Origin: Lingula anatina
Taxonomy: Eukaryota; Animalia; Brachiopoda
NCBI GenBank assembly: GCA_051362555.1
Contig: CM120647.1
Span: 2,728,001 to 2,792,000, forward strand
Length of the DNA stretch: 64,000 bases
Direction of reading: 5' to 3'
The stretch's first letter is position 1; each line of letters starts with the position of its first letter. The notes beneath the pieces were generated by a model. That model did no database searches. It was not told where the DNA came from and worked only from the letters and a program-made list of their open reading frames with translations. Below are positions 12,096-24,000 of the stretch, piece by piece. The position numbers were made by a program, and so were the translations under genes.

Positions 12096-15000
12096 CTGCA
12101 AAAAAATGAAATGGGAATTAATTTTTATTACTTTAATTTCTAATTCTACACCATGACAGATAAAAACATTTAAATGTACAGACCTGTATTTAAATCTGTA
12201 TACAGACTGCATCAATAGTATAATAAAGTAAATGACAAGTAAATGCTTAAATGAAAAGCACCCCCTCCCATTGAAAAGAAAATCATTTTCAAAACATGGG
12301 GCACCAAAATGAATGATGATTACCTCCGAAAAGTATGTGACATTTTTCAAAAATTTTGTCCCTGCAAAGCTGTCAAATGTACAGACAAAAAACAGAAAAT
12401 AAAGATGCAAAATAGGTCATTTTGTCAATTTTGATGCAATAATAAATAATGCTTATAATAGCACTGTCAGTCAACACTGAATTTTAATCATGCACAACAG
12501 GTAAAATGGTCAATAACATGAGCGGACCCAGAGATATTTTCTGACAGTATTCCAAAGTATCTATTTTGATCCATCCTCCATTTTGTTGGTCTTCCAACAG
12601 AAGAAAAAATAGATACCAGGCAATATAAACTTAATAACCTGACTGTCTTCCGGAAGACCCAGAAGATGGTCTCAATCTACCCTTTCAATAAGATTACAGT
12701 TTCAGGACCATGAGTTTAAATTCACATGATGAAAGTCTCAATATTTGAAAAATGATGACAGTGCATAAAATAATATTACATAAGTAACATAATTTTTAAA
12801 GACATAAAAAACAATACAACTGCTTATGTGGAAATACAGAAATGTCAGAGCCTCAGGCGGATGAGAGTTAAAAGTCACAAATGCAAGTGTTTGAGAAAAA
12901 ATTATAAAGGAAAACATAACAAAACTAGAAAAGTGCTCCGAGAGTGCAGACCTCTGCCAAGGTAGCAATTGTTAATTATTATTGATTATTGTCCTCTTTG
13001 GCCCACTTCTGACAGTTCCTGAAAATTTCAGCAAAATCGGTCCATAACTTTTTGAGTTATGTTGATGACAAACAGGGGTGAAAATATAACCTCCTTGGCA
13101 GAGGTAAATATAATTCCAATGAAGCTGCTATTCAAACTTTTAATCTTTGAGTTTGATATATATATATTAAAAACTTATTTGCAATATTAAACAAAATTCA
13201 CCTGCATAATTATCACTGCTTCCTTATTATTAATCTAGCAGAGAGCTTAACCTATGGGAGTTTACAGGGAAATATCAACAAGTGTGCTTTATGTAATCTC
13301 ATTTAATGGCCGATTAATTAGGCAAATTATTTTTTAATACTGAAATTAGCTAAGTGATACCCAAGGGAAATTTACAGACTGACCCTCTCAAAGGTCTTTC
13401 AGGCCCATAAGTCACAACTTAAGAAAAGCACAAAACAATAATGCACAAAAAAGGAGACTACCAATTCCGATGCAATAATACATAATGTTTAACTGCACAG
13501 TCAACATCAAATTTTAATTTTGCACAACAGGTAACACCAACGAAAGTAAAAGCATAAGGCTTCAGGCCCATCAGAGTTCAAGTTTATACTTAGAAAGTGC
13601 CAGAATGAGAAAAATGAAATTTCACACAAAATTGCATAAAATTCAATAATAAATGATACGTAACCCAATTGACCTGGCTTTCTAATTTGAACTGCATGCC
13701 AATCCTAAAAATCATACTCATAAGTTAAATATAATAATAAATAACACAGTTTTCTTTTCATAATGTTTGCAGTAGCAGTGCAAAAAGATTATTGTCAATT
13801 TTGATGTAACATTACATAATAAATTATAGAATAATTATCACCAATGTTTGATTATTGACTATAAATAGCATGAACATGTAGAAAATTTGATTACCATCCG
13901 GCTTCATGTCCATGGGAGCTCAGAGTCCCACAATGAATATGCCAAAAAGATAATGAATATTTCACTAAAATGTAAAACTTCCAGAAAAAGAAGCCAATTA
14001 GACTGCTTTTCCAACTCGGGCTGCATTTTAGTCCTGTGTTTCTTTTTTGAAAGTTTGACAATCATAAGTAACACGGTTTTCCCATAATGGTCATCATGGC
14101 AGAAGCACCAAATATTGTGTTTTCTTCTATTTTGATGCAACATTACATAATGCTTAACAGCATAATACATCAATTTTTAATAATAAAATATATGTGTCAT
14201 GGATTTTCAGAAAATGTGACTAGCATGGGTCTTCAAGCCCGTGGAGGTTCTAAGTCGCACCTTGAAAATGCTAAGAAGTGAAAAATTAAATTTTCACAAA
14301 AAACTGTTAAATTGCCAGAAAAATTTACCAAACAGACTGCATTGCCTACTGAAGCTGTATGTTAGACCCATGTTTCTTTCCTGTAAGTTTGAGAACAGTA
14401 AGTGACATGATTTCCCTTCAATGATCATCATAGGAGCAGTGCCCAAAACAGGTTTTTTTTTTCAAATTTTGATGCAACATTACATAATGTTTAACAGCAT
14501 AATGACCATCAAATGTTATTAATAAAATATTAGTAACATGGACATTCAGAAAACATGACAAGCAAAGGTCTTCACGATCATGGAACTTCAAAGTCACACC
14601 TTAAAAATGCCAACATGTGAAAAAATAAATTTTCACAAAAAACTGTTTAACTGCCAAAAAAAGTTACCAAACAGACTGCATTGCCTACTGAAGCTGTATT
14701 TTAGTCCCATGTTTCTTTCCTGTAAGTTTGAGAACAGTAAGTGACATGATTTTCCTTAAATGGTTATCATGGGAGCAGTGCCCAAAATAGGGGTTTCTTC
14801 ACATTTTGATGCAATATCACATAATGTTTAACAGCATAATGACCATCAATTTTTAATTATAAAATATTAGTATCACAGATATTCAGAAAATGTGACTAGC
14901 AAAGGTCTTCAGGCCCATGGAACTTCAAAGTCACATCTTGAAAATGCCAAAATGTAAACAAGACAGCACTGTTCTGAAATGGGTTTATTTTCGTTTTTAA

Positions 15001-15387
15001 CACTTTTTTAACATAAAACAAAATAAACATTTTACTGCCATTTTTTTATGACCAACTAAGAAAATTGATGAGATGAGAAAAGTATCAATAGAACAGTGTT
15101 AAATGTCCAATTTCCTCCATTCTGAGATTCTGAACATAGTGGATGATTGAATCTGACAAACTGCAATGATACGAGTTATTTCCGTTTTTGACACTTGATT
15201 ACACAATACATGATAACAAGTTTACCATCATGTTTACATAATCAACTAACAATGTTGTAAAGATGCAGGAAATGTCAAACAAACACTTTTACGTATCTTA
15301 TTACTTAAATAATAAGGCTATTAACATGCCTAAGAATTAAATCTGAGGAAATTTGAGGAAATGTGAAAAAACAGCATAACTTATAAA

Positions 15388-17481
15388 ACTAGAGGATCAG
15401 AGAGGCGATACCGCCTCTGGATATTGTACCACCAGCTGGAGTAAGCGCATTCGTATGCCCCCCCCCCCCCACCAAAAAAAAAAAAAAAAAAATTGGACAC
15501 CACCACCAGTCTTGTGCTTGACAAGCTCTATAAAATGCAATAAACAAGAGTTCTCAAAATATGCCAAAAAAAAAAAAAAAAAAAAAAAAATCAAAAAAAC
15601 ATAACAGTTAAAATGGTCCAATCAAGGAGATGTTCAAATTGACCTGTATTTTCCTAACACTGATCACTCCTGTGATTTTCTAGACAATAGGCCTATTGGT
15701 TTTCCTTGAAATGCATTATCAGTATTGCATATACCGGTATGCTGACAAAAGAGAAAACCTAGGGACAACACTGGGCAGATCTCTGCTAGTTTTGAAGATA
15801 TGAAGGGCAAGAAAATATGCAGAGTTCAGTTTGTGATAAAAAGTAGGTCAAAGGTAAATTTGAAGGTCACAGTATATGACTTCCTATATAAGTTCAATAG
15901 TAGCTATGGGCATTTCTTTGCCAATGTTGGAGATATGAAGGCCAGGAAACAAGCAAAGTGCAGTTCATCATAAATAGTAGGTCAAAGGTCAATTTCAAGG
16001 TCACAGTAAGATTGCCAGTATATGACTTCCTATTCAAGTTCAATAGTAACTTTGGACCTATCTCTGCCAGTTTTCGAGATATAAGGGATAAAAAAATTTG
16101 CAAAGTTCAGCTTATGTTGAAAAGTAGGTCAAATGTCAATTTCAAGGTCACAATAAGAATGCCAGTATATGACTTCCTATTCAAGTTTAAAAGTAACTAT
16201 GGGTGTATCTCTGCCAGTTTTGGAGATATAAGGGATGTAAAATTTGCAAAGTTCAGTTCATGGTGAAAAGTAGGTCAAAGGTCAATTTAAAGGTCACAGT
16301 TAGATTATCAGTATATAACTTCCTATTAAAGTTCAATAGTAACTATGGGTGTATCTCTGCCAGTTTTGGAGATATAAGGGCTAGAAAATTTGCAAAGTTC
16401 AGTTCATGGTGAAAAGTAGGTCAAAGGTCAATTTAAAGGTCATGTGAAAAGTAGGTCAAAGGTCAATTTAAAGGTCACAGTTAGATTACTTGTATATAAC
16501 TTCCTATTCAAGTTCAATAGTAACTATGGGCGTATCTTTGCCAGTTTTGGAGATATAAAGATCAGAAAACTTCAAAGTGCAGTTCATCATGAAAAGTAGG
16601 TCAAAGGTCAATTTCAAGGTCACAGTTAGATTACCAGTATATAACTTCCTATTCAAGTTCAATAGTAACTATGGGCATATCTCTGGTAATTTTGGAATAT
16701 TAACATTTTCCCCACTGAATATTGCGATGTTGTAATTTTTGATATAGCGCAATGCCTAAACCATATCTAAAACAAAAAAATGGACACCACCTCCAGTATT
16801 GCACTTGACAAGTTTTACAAAATGCAAGGAACAAAAGGTCTCTGGCATTTACCATTCCAGAATAAAAGCAAGTTTTCAGTTTCGGTATCTAATGGCTGCT
16901 TCTCCCGTGAAAAAGCACCGATTGACCCCAAACTCCCAAAGATGAAAGGAGTCCCCAATTGTAACCCCTCACTATAACAGGAGAGCTTAGATCTGTGTAG
17001 TTTCCAAAAAATAGCACAAACAAATATTTTTTGCAGAAAATTCCCATTTTTAGAAAATTTTGGCTTGTTTGACCTTGAAAAAAAGGTCAAAAGTCAAATC
17101 CAAGGGCATTGGAATCTCCAGATATGACTTTCGGTCAGGCTTCTGTGGTAATTTTTCCCATAATTCCTTTGGTTTGGGAGATATTTAGCCTTGAATTTTC
17201 AAAAATTTTGACAAGGGTGCATTTAAACAAGTGTCACGCCCAGGCCAATGCACCGACAGAGACAAAAAAACCAGGGTGTTCAAGTTGAGATCATATGTGA
17301 CCTAAATCCAAGAGATGGGGACACAGGTCCTGGCGGTCTAGGAGGAGAAGCGGTAACGGTGACTTGTTTCCGGCGCCCGACTGCGGAGCCGCAGGAGCCG
17401 GCGGGGGCGCAGGAGCTGTACGAGACGGGTCAGGACTAAAACCATGAGTACCGCCAGCGTATACGCTAGTGGTACTAATAA
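15388..17481 (-). mobile_element. Helentron/HINE-like family B element
   Basis: 5' TTATTAGTACCACTAG..CTGGCGGTAC; 3' subTIR CTGGTGGTACAAT, hairpin AGAGGCG-GTAT-CGCCTCT, then CTAGT; splits a 161-bp unit in a T-rich site. Confidence 0.72.
15830..16690. repeat. About 146-bp tandem repeats within family B
   Basis: AGGTCAAAGGTCA-type motif at 15979, 16126, 16272, 16418, 16453 and 16598. Confidence 0.85.
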
Positions 17482-18162
17482 CGGCCTGATTATGCTGATT
17501 TTCGAACTTGACCTGTGTTTTAGTAAGATTGATTACTCCTGTGAGTTTCATGAAAACAAGTCTATTGGTTTTCCTTGAAATGTGTTTACAGTGTTGCATA
17601 TATGCTAAAAAGTGAAAAAAACAGCATAACAACTAAAATAGTGGCCCGATCATGCCGATTTTCGAACTTGATCTGTGTTTTAGTAAGATTGATTACTCCT
17701 GTGAGTTTCATGACAACAGGCCTATCGGTTTTCCTTGAAATGTGTTAACAGTGTTGCATATATGCTGAAAAATGAAAAAACAGCATAACTTCTACAATAA
17801 TGGCCCGATCATGCTGATTTTCGAACTTGACCTGCGTTTTATGAATATTCATCAGCTCTGTAAATATAAAGCCAAAAAGTAAAACTGCCCTCCACTTATC
17901 GTGTTAACAAGGAAAGTGCACGGCGCCGACATCGGCGAGGACAGACGCAGATGATGGCAATATGTACAGACACATCTGTGTCTGTACATAAAAATGAATG
18001 TTACAATAAGGCAAATCCATCCTCTTTTGCAAGAAAGTGCTCCCATTGTTATCAAACACATTGGAATGTTTTGAAAGACATTCAAAGATGATAACCCATT
18101 GTTGTTATCCAGTATCATGGATGTGCTGTTATATACATATATATATATACATATATATATAT

Positions 18163-18193
<31 letters not shown>

Positions 18194-18231
18194 ATTAAAA
18201 TAAATAAATAAATAAACAAAAGATATGCAAT

Positions 18232-18290
18232 AACCCCGACTCTGAGTTTCACGGGCATACCCAGAAGGTGTGCCCAATCGTCAGGAGGTT
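18232..18290 (-). ncRNA. Hammerhead ribozyme motif (Penelope-type, minimal stem III)
   Basis: AACCTC CTGACGA [TTGGGCACACC TTCTG GGTATGCCCGT] GAAA CTC A GAG TC GGGGTT. Confidence 0.68.
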
Positions 18291-19366
18291 TATTTGAAAA
18301 TGGTTTTATTAGCCGTTTTACATACACAGCGTGACGACACTTAAGTCGCACGCCGTGTTAGTTACGTCACTTTATGCCCACACATGGTAATTATTTCAGT
18401 TTTTTTATTCAGAGTATCTGGTGTTATCATTATCAACAGTTAACCTAGACTTAGAATCCGGGAAACACAGGCCGTTTGTAAAACCGAACGCCCAGCCGAT
18501 CTATGTTCACAAAAACTCAAATCACCCCCCCACCCCCCCCCCCCAATAATAAGGAACATTCCTAAAACCATCGGCAAAAGATTGCAACCCCTTTCGTCTG
18601 AAGGAGTGGTAGCAGAAGAATCAGATAACGTATACACGACGGCCCTTCAAACCGCGGGCTATACCGTAATGTCGTTGGGTAATAACTCTAAAGCAAGCAG
18701 CTCTCGTCACAGTGAAAAGACAAAACAGGAAACTTATTTGGTTCAACCCACCATACTCGAAAAATGTAAGAACGAAAATTGGGCATATATTCCTCCAGTT
18801 GCTAGACAAACATTTCCCTCGCGGAAGCAAGCTTTACCGATTATTCAACAGATCGAAAAAAAAAAATTCTCAAAAACATGTCAGTTAACACTCAAGATAA
18901 GAAATGTAATTGTAGAGCTCCAAGTAAGTGTCCTTTGAGAGGGGAATGTTTGTCTAGCAACATTGTGTACCAAGCATCAGTTACTACTAAGGACAAATGC
19001 ATGAAATATATAGGTCTTTGTGGTGGGCAATTTAAGATACAATAATCACACCAAGTCATTTAGAGACAAGAAATATGCTGCAGATACTGAATTATCCAAA
19101 TACATTTGGAAATTAACAGAAAATAAAACCCAGTATGACATTAGATGGGACATCATAAAGAAATCAACACCGCAAAGGAGAAATCAGCACCTATGCAATC
19201 TTTGCTTAGACGAAAAACTGTTGATAATGATAACACCAGATACTCTGAATAAAAGAACTGAAATAATTACCATGTGTCGGCATAAAGTGACGTAACTAAC
19301 ACGGCGTGCTACGTAAGTGTTGTCACGCTGTGTATGCAAAACTGCTAATTAAACCATTTTCAAATA

Positions 19367-19425
19367 AACCTCCTGACGATCGGGCATACCTTCTGGGTAT
19401 GCCCGTGAAACTCGGAGTCAGGGTT
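19367..19425 (+). ncRNA. Hammerhead ribozyme motif (Penelope-type, minimal stem III)
   Basis: AACCTC CTGACGA [TCGGGCATACC TTCTG GGTATGCCCGT] GAAA CTC G GAG TC AGGGTT. Confidence 0.65.
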
Positions 19426-19943
19426 ATTGCATGTCTTTTGATTATTTATTTATTTATTTATTTTAATTGTGTACAAATGCTCCGTATTGTTGAGCACTCT
19501 GTTCCACACTTACGCTTGTTATATATACTCACATCCATAATTATAAGTTCCAACAACAATGGGACATGGCCATAAAAAATTCTAACTTGGCACTAATCTT
19601 ATGAGCACACTTACCACTTAGAATATGCATCATATTTTGCTATATATTCATTTAAACCACAGGTAGTGCGTAGAACAAGACAGGCATGTAATGCACCAGT
19701 GCAATTCACAGTCTGTTGCACTCCCGTTACTCACTAGCTAATAAGGGCCCAGTATCTGTATATCACCACCACGGATCAGACATCAATGAAAACAAATCGT
19801 TTCTCAAACTTTTGATATCATGAAACAGCATTTATCCAAAAACTGATAATTAGAGTTTTGGATCTACTTGGCTATGATTGATCATAACAAACCCGTGTTC
19901 ATCACACATACATGTACAGTTAACAGAGTACTACTAGTACATG

Positions 19944-20304
19944 CAGACATGCTGAAACTGTTGGTCCGATCAGTCATGACAGGGAAAATTTGTCCAGACC
20001 GGTAAAAAATTGGACTTGGTCGGTACAAAGGACCGATAACTGTTTTAAGAACCACAATTTTGAATTTACAGTCATCATTCGACATACTTCACTATTAAAA
20101 TTATATAAAACCCAAAGCGTTTTTCCCCTCCATTTTAAACCTATCACATTCACAAACAAAGTTAGCTTCCCAATCTTACTGACAGTATCTGTCTCAAACG
20201 AATAGGGTGTTTTTCGGTCCAACAAAAATCCATTTGGTCCAGCAAATTTTTCATTACTGCCGGTCCAAATGTCCGACCATTCTGAAAAGTTTTCAGCATG
20301 TCTG
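19944..20304. mobile_element. hAT-like MITE, left-arm specific
   Basis: TIR CAGACATGCTGAAA / TTTCAGCATGTCTG, flanks ACATG / ACGTG (5-bp TSD); empty site in the right arm at about 35195-35205. Confidence 0.78.
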
Positions 20305-20583
20305 ACGTGGTCAACAATCACTGTTTTTGAGTCATTCACGCAACCTCCACCACAAACTTAAATAATTTTCACATCTTCAGGAATTTTGTAACGAAAAAAT
20401 CACTAAACAAGATTATGAAGAAAATCAGTTCATTTTAACTATTATCTATATCTACAAATTGAAAATTGTGGCCTCTATCACCGGACGACCACGAACTCAC
20501 ACACAATCGCACAATCAGGCAAATAAGCTGAGCAGTAGACTTACAAACATCTTTCGCAAATAATAAACAGGTATGCTGCTTAC

Positions 20584-20990
20584 CATTTTAGCCGGAATCT
20601 TCGTGTCGTCTGAGAATTGGAAATGCACCGGAAACGCATCTGCGCAGACTCGGACTCCTTCATGAGGAGAGTTGAGATAAACAAACAGTCGGGTTTACAA
20701 ACAGAAATGCCCCACCCCATTAATGCTAGAAATTTTAATTCCCATTGATTTGTAAAGGTCAGCCCCGTCCTAGATTTTGAACCAATTGGCCACGCTTACA
20801 CCATTTATCTGCACCAATATATTGACACCGCCACCAACTTGGCAATTAAAGAATAAATTTTACACTATTGCCGCAGATCGACGACGATACCGGTTATACA
20901 ATCATCTTACTTAAATGACCTGGGACCAATCGCAACGCTTTACACACACCGAAATTGCGACAAATTCCAGTAATGAGAGCGATGGGGGGG
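20584..20990 (-). promoter_or_regulatory. Duplicated UGGT promoter and exon 1
   Basis: Reverse complement of 34480-34890, with ATG|GTAAGC at 20586-20578. Confidence 0.65.
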
Positions 20991-21002
20991 GGGGGGGGGG
21001 GG

Positions 21003-24000
21003 ATGCTGTCGAAATCGGCTCTAGTCCCTTTGTAGTACTTTAAAAATACTAAAATTGGCCAGGAATAGCGCAATCGTGTGTCGCGATTGGTCAGGCTCAA
21101 CTATCACAATCGGAATTTCGATGCTGTCAAAATCGGCTCTAGCCCCTGTAACAGCTGCTGGATTTTGACTTTGGCTCGGTAGCTCAGTTGGTAGAGCAGT
21201 GGCTTGGTGTGCAAGAGTCCCAGGTATGAATCCCAGAGGGAGCCTGGAGTTTTTCTCCCAGCCTATCGATTGGTCCAGCTCAACTACCACAATCGGAGTG
21301 TAGATGCTGTCGAAATTGGCTCTAGTCCCTATGTAGTACTTTAAAAATGCTGGAATTGGTCAGGACTAGCGCAATCTGTTTGTCGCAATTGGTTCAGCTC
21401 AACTACCACAATCGGAAGGTCGATGCTGTCGATATCGGCTCTAGTCCCTTTGTAGTACTTTTAAAATGCTGGAATTGGTACGTAAAAGCGCAATCGGTGT
21501 GTTGCGATTGGTCAGGCTTAACAATCACTATCGGAATGTCGATGATGTCGAAATCGGCTCTAGCCCCTGTAGCAGCTGCCGGATTTTGACTCTGGCTAGG
21601 TAGTTCAGTTGGTAGAGCAGTGGCTTGGTGTGCAAGAGTCCCAGGTTCGAATCCCAGAGGGAGCCTGGGGTTTTTCTCCCAGTCTATCCATTGGTCCAGC
21701 TCAACTACCACAATTGGAGTGTCGATGCTGTCGAAATCGGCTTTAGTACCTATATAATACTTTAAAAATACTAGAATTGGTCAGGACTCGCGAAATCTGT
21801 TTGGCGCAATTGGTTCTGCTCAACTACCACAATCGGAATGTCGATGATGTCGGAATCGGCTCTAGCCCCTGTAGCGGCTGCCGGATTTTGACTCTGGCTA
21901 GGTAGCTCAGTTGGTAGAGCAGTGGCTTGGTGTGCAAGAGTCCCAGGTTCGAATCCCAGAGGGAGCCTGGAGTTTTTCTATCAGTCTATCCATTGGTCCA
22001 GCTCAACTACCACAATCGCAGTGTCGATGCTGTCAAAATTGGCTCTAGTCCCTTTGTGGAACTTAAAATTGGTCAGGACTCGCGAAATCTGTTTGTTGCG
22101 ATTGGTTCAGCTCAACTACCACAATCAGAATGTTGATGCTGTCGAAATCAGCTCTAATCCCTTTGTAGTACTTTAAAAATGCTGGAATTGGTCAGGACTA
22201 GCGCACTCGGTGTGTCGCGATTGGTCAGGCTCAACAATCACTATCGGAATGTCGATGATGTCGAAATCGGCTGTAGTCCCTTTAAAAATGCTGGAATTGG
22301 TCAGGACTCACGAAATCTGTTAGTCGCCATTGGTTCTACTCAACTACCACAATCGGAATGTCGATGATGTCGAAATCAGCTCTAGCCCCTGTAGCAACTG
22401 CCGGATTTTGACTCTAGCTAGGTAGCTCAGTTGGTAGAGCAGTGGCTTGGTGTGCAAGAGTACCAGGTTCGAATCCCAGAGGGTGCCTGGGGTTTTTCTA
22501 TCAGTCTATCCATTGGTCCAGCTCAACTACCACAATCGCAGTGTCGATGCTGTCAAAATTGGCTCTAGTCCCTTTGTGGTACTTAAAATTGGTCAGGACT
22601 CGCGAAATCTGTTTGTTGCGATTGGTTCAGCTCAACTACCACAATCAGAATGTTGATGCTGTCAAAATCCGCTCTAATCCCTTTGTAGTACTTTAAAAAT
22701 ACTAGAATTGGTCAGAACTCGCGAAATCTGTTTGTCGCGATTGGTTCGGCTCAACTACCACAATCGGAATGTCGATGCTGTCGAAATCGGCTGTAGTCCC
22801 TTTAAAAATGCTGGAATTGGTCAGGACTCGCGAAATCTGTTTGGCGCAATTGGTTCTGCTCAACTACCACAATCGGAATGTCGATGATGTCGGAATCGGC
22901 TCTAGCCCCTGTAGCGGCTGCCGGATTTTGACTCTGGCTAGGTAGCTCAGTTGGTAGAGCAGTGGCTTGGTGTGCAAGAGTCCCAGGTTCGAATCCCAGA
23001 GGGAGCTTGGGGTTTTTCTATCAGTCTATCCATTGGTCCAGCTCAACTACCACAATCGCAGTGTCGATGCTGTCGAAATTGGCTCTAGTCCCTTTGTGGA
23101 ACTTAAAATTGGTCAGGACTCGCGAAATCTGTTTGTTGCGATTGGTTCAGCTCAACTACCACAATCAGAATGTTGATGCTGTCGAAATCAGCTCTAATCC
23201 CTTTGTAGTACTTTAAAAATGCTGGAATTGGTCAGGACTAGCGCACTCGGTGTGTCGCGATTGGTCAGGCTCAACAATCACTATCGGAATGTCGATGATG
23301 TCGAAATCGGCTGTAGTCCCTTTAAAAATGCTGGAATTGGTCAGGACTCACGAAATCTGTTAGTCGCCATTGGTTCTACTCAACTACCACAATCGGAATG
23401 TCGATGATGTCGGAATCGGCTCTAGCCCCTGTAGCGGCTGCCGGATTTTGACTCTGGCTAGGTAGCTCAGTTGGTAGAGCAGTGGCTTGGTGTGCAAGAG
23501 TACCAGGTTCGAATCCCAGAGGGTGCCTGGGGTTTTTCTATCAGTCTATCCATTGGTCCAGCTCAACTACCACAATCGCAGTGTCGATGCTGTCGAAATT
23601 GGCTCTAGTCCCTTTGTGGTACTTAAAATTGGTCAGGACTCGCGAAATCTGTTTGTTGCGATTGGTTCAGCTCAACTACCACAATCAGAATGTTGATGCT
23701 GTCAAAATCAGCTCTAATCCCTTTGTAGTACTTTAAAAATGCTGGAATTGGTCAGGACTAGAGCACTCGGTGTGTCGCGATTGGTCAGGCTCAACAATCA
23801 CTATCGGAATGTCGATGATGTCGAAATCAGCTCTAGCCCCTGTAGCAACTGCCGGATTTTGACTCTGGCTAGGTAGCTCAGTTGGTAGAGCAGTGGCTTG
23901 GTGTGCAAGAGTCCCAGGTTCGAATCCCAGAGGGAGCCTGGGGTTTTTCTCCCAACCTATCGATTGGTCCAGCCCAACGACCACAATCGGAGTGTCGATT

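Larger units (their letters stand above)
12362..17993 (-). mobile_element. Family A element with a nested family B element
   Basis: Head at 17915-17993, 3' subTIR and partial hairpin at 12362-12390, internal sequence shared with 2958-7530. Confidence 0.62.
18191..19472 (+). mobile_element. Penelope-like retroelement 3' remnant (GIY-YIG endonuclease) with inverted pseudo-LTR
   Basis: Frameshifted VYQASV..KYIGLC / RYNNHTKSF..TELSKYIWKL..WDII..CNLCLDEKLLI..LNKRTEIITMCRH matches the Penelope GIY-YIG C-terminus; 18191-18441 is the reverse complement of 19216-19472. Confidence 0.82.
2108..20990 (-). pseudogene. UGGT: Inverted partial duplicate of UGGT (promoter plus exons 1-4), frameshifted
   Basis: Reverse complement of 34480-40564 in unique segments: ATG 20586-20584, exon 2 12095-11969, exon 3 10701-10616, exon 4 2327-2194. 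Homology ends at GGCC 2108 vs 40564, and no exon 5 copy is seen in 1-2107. Confidence 0.88.
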
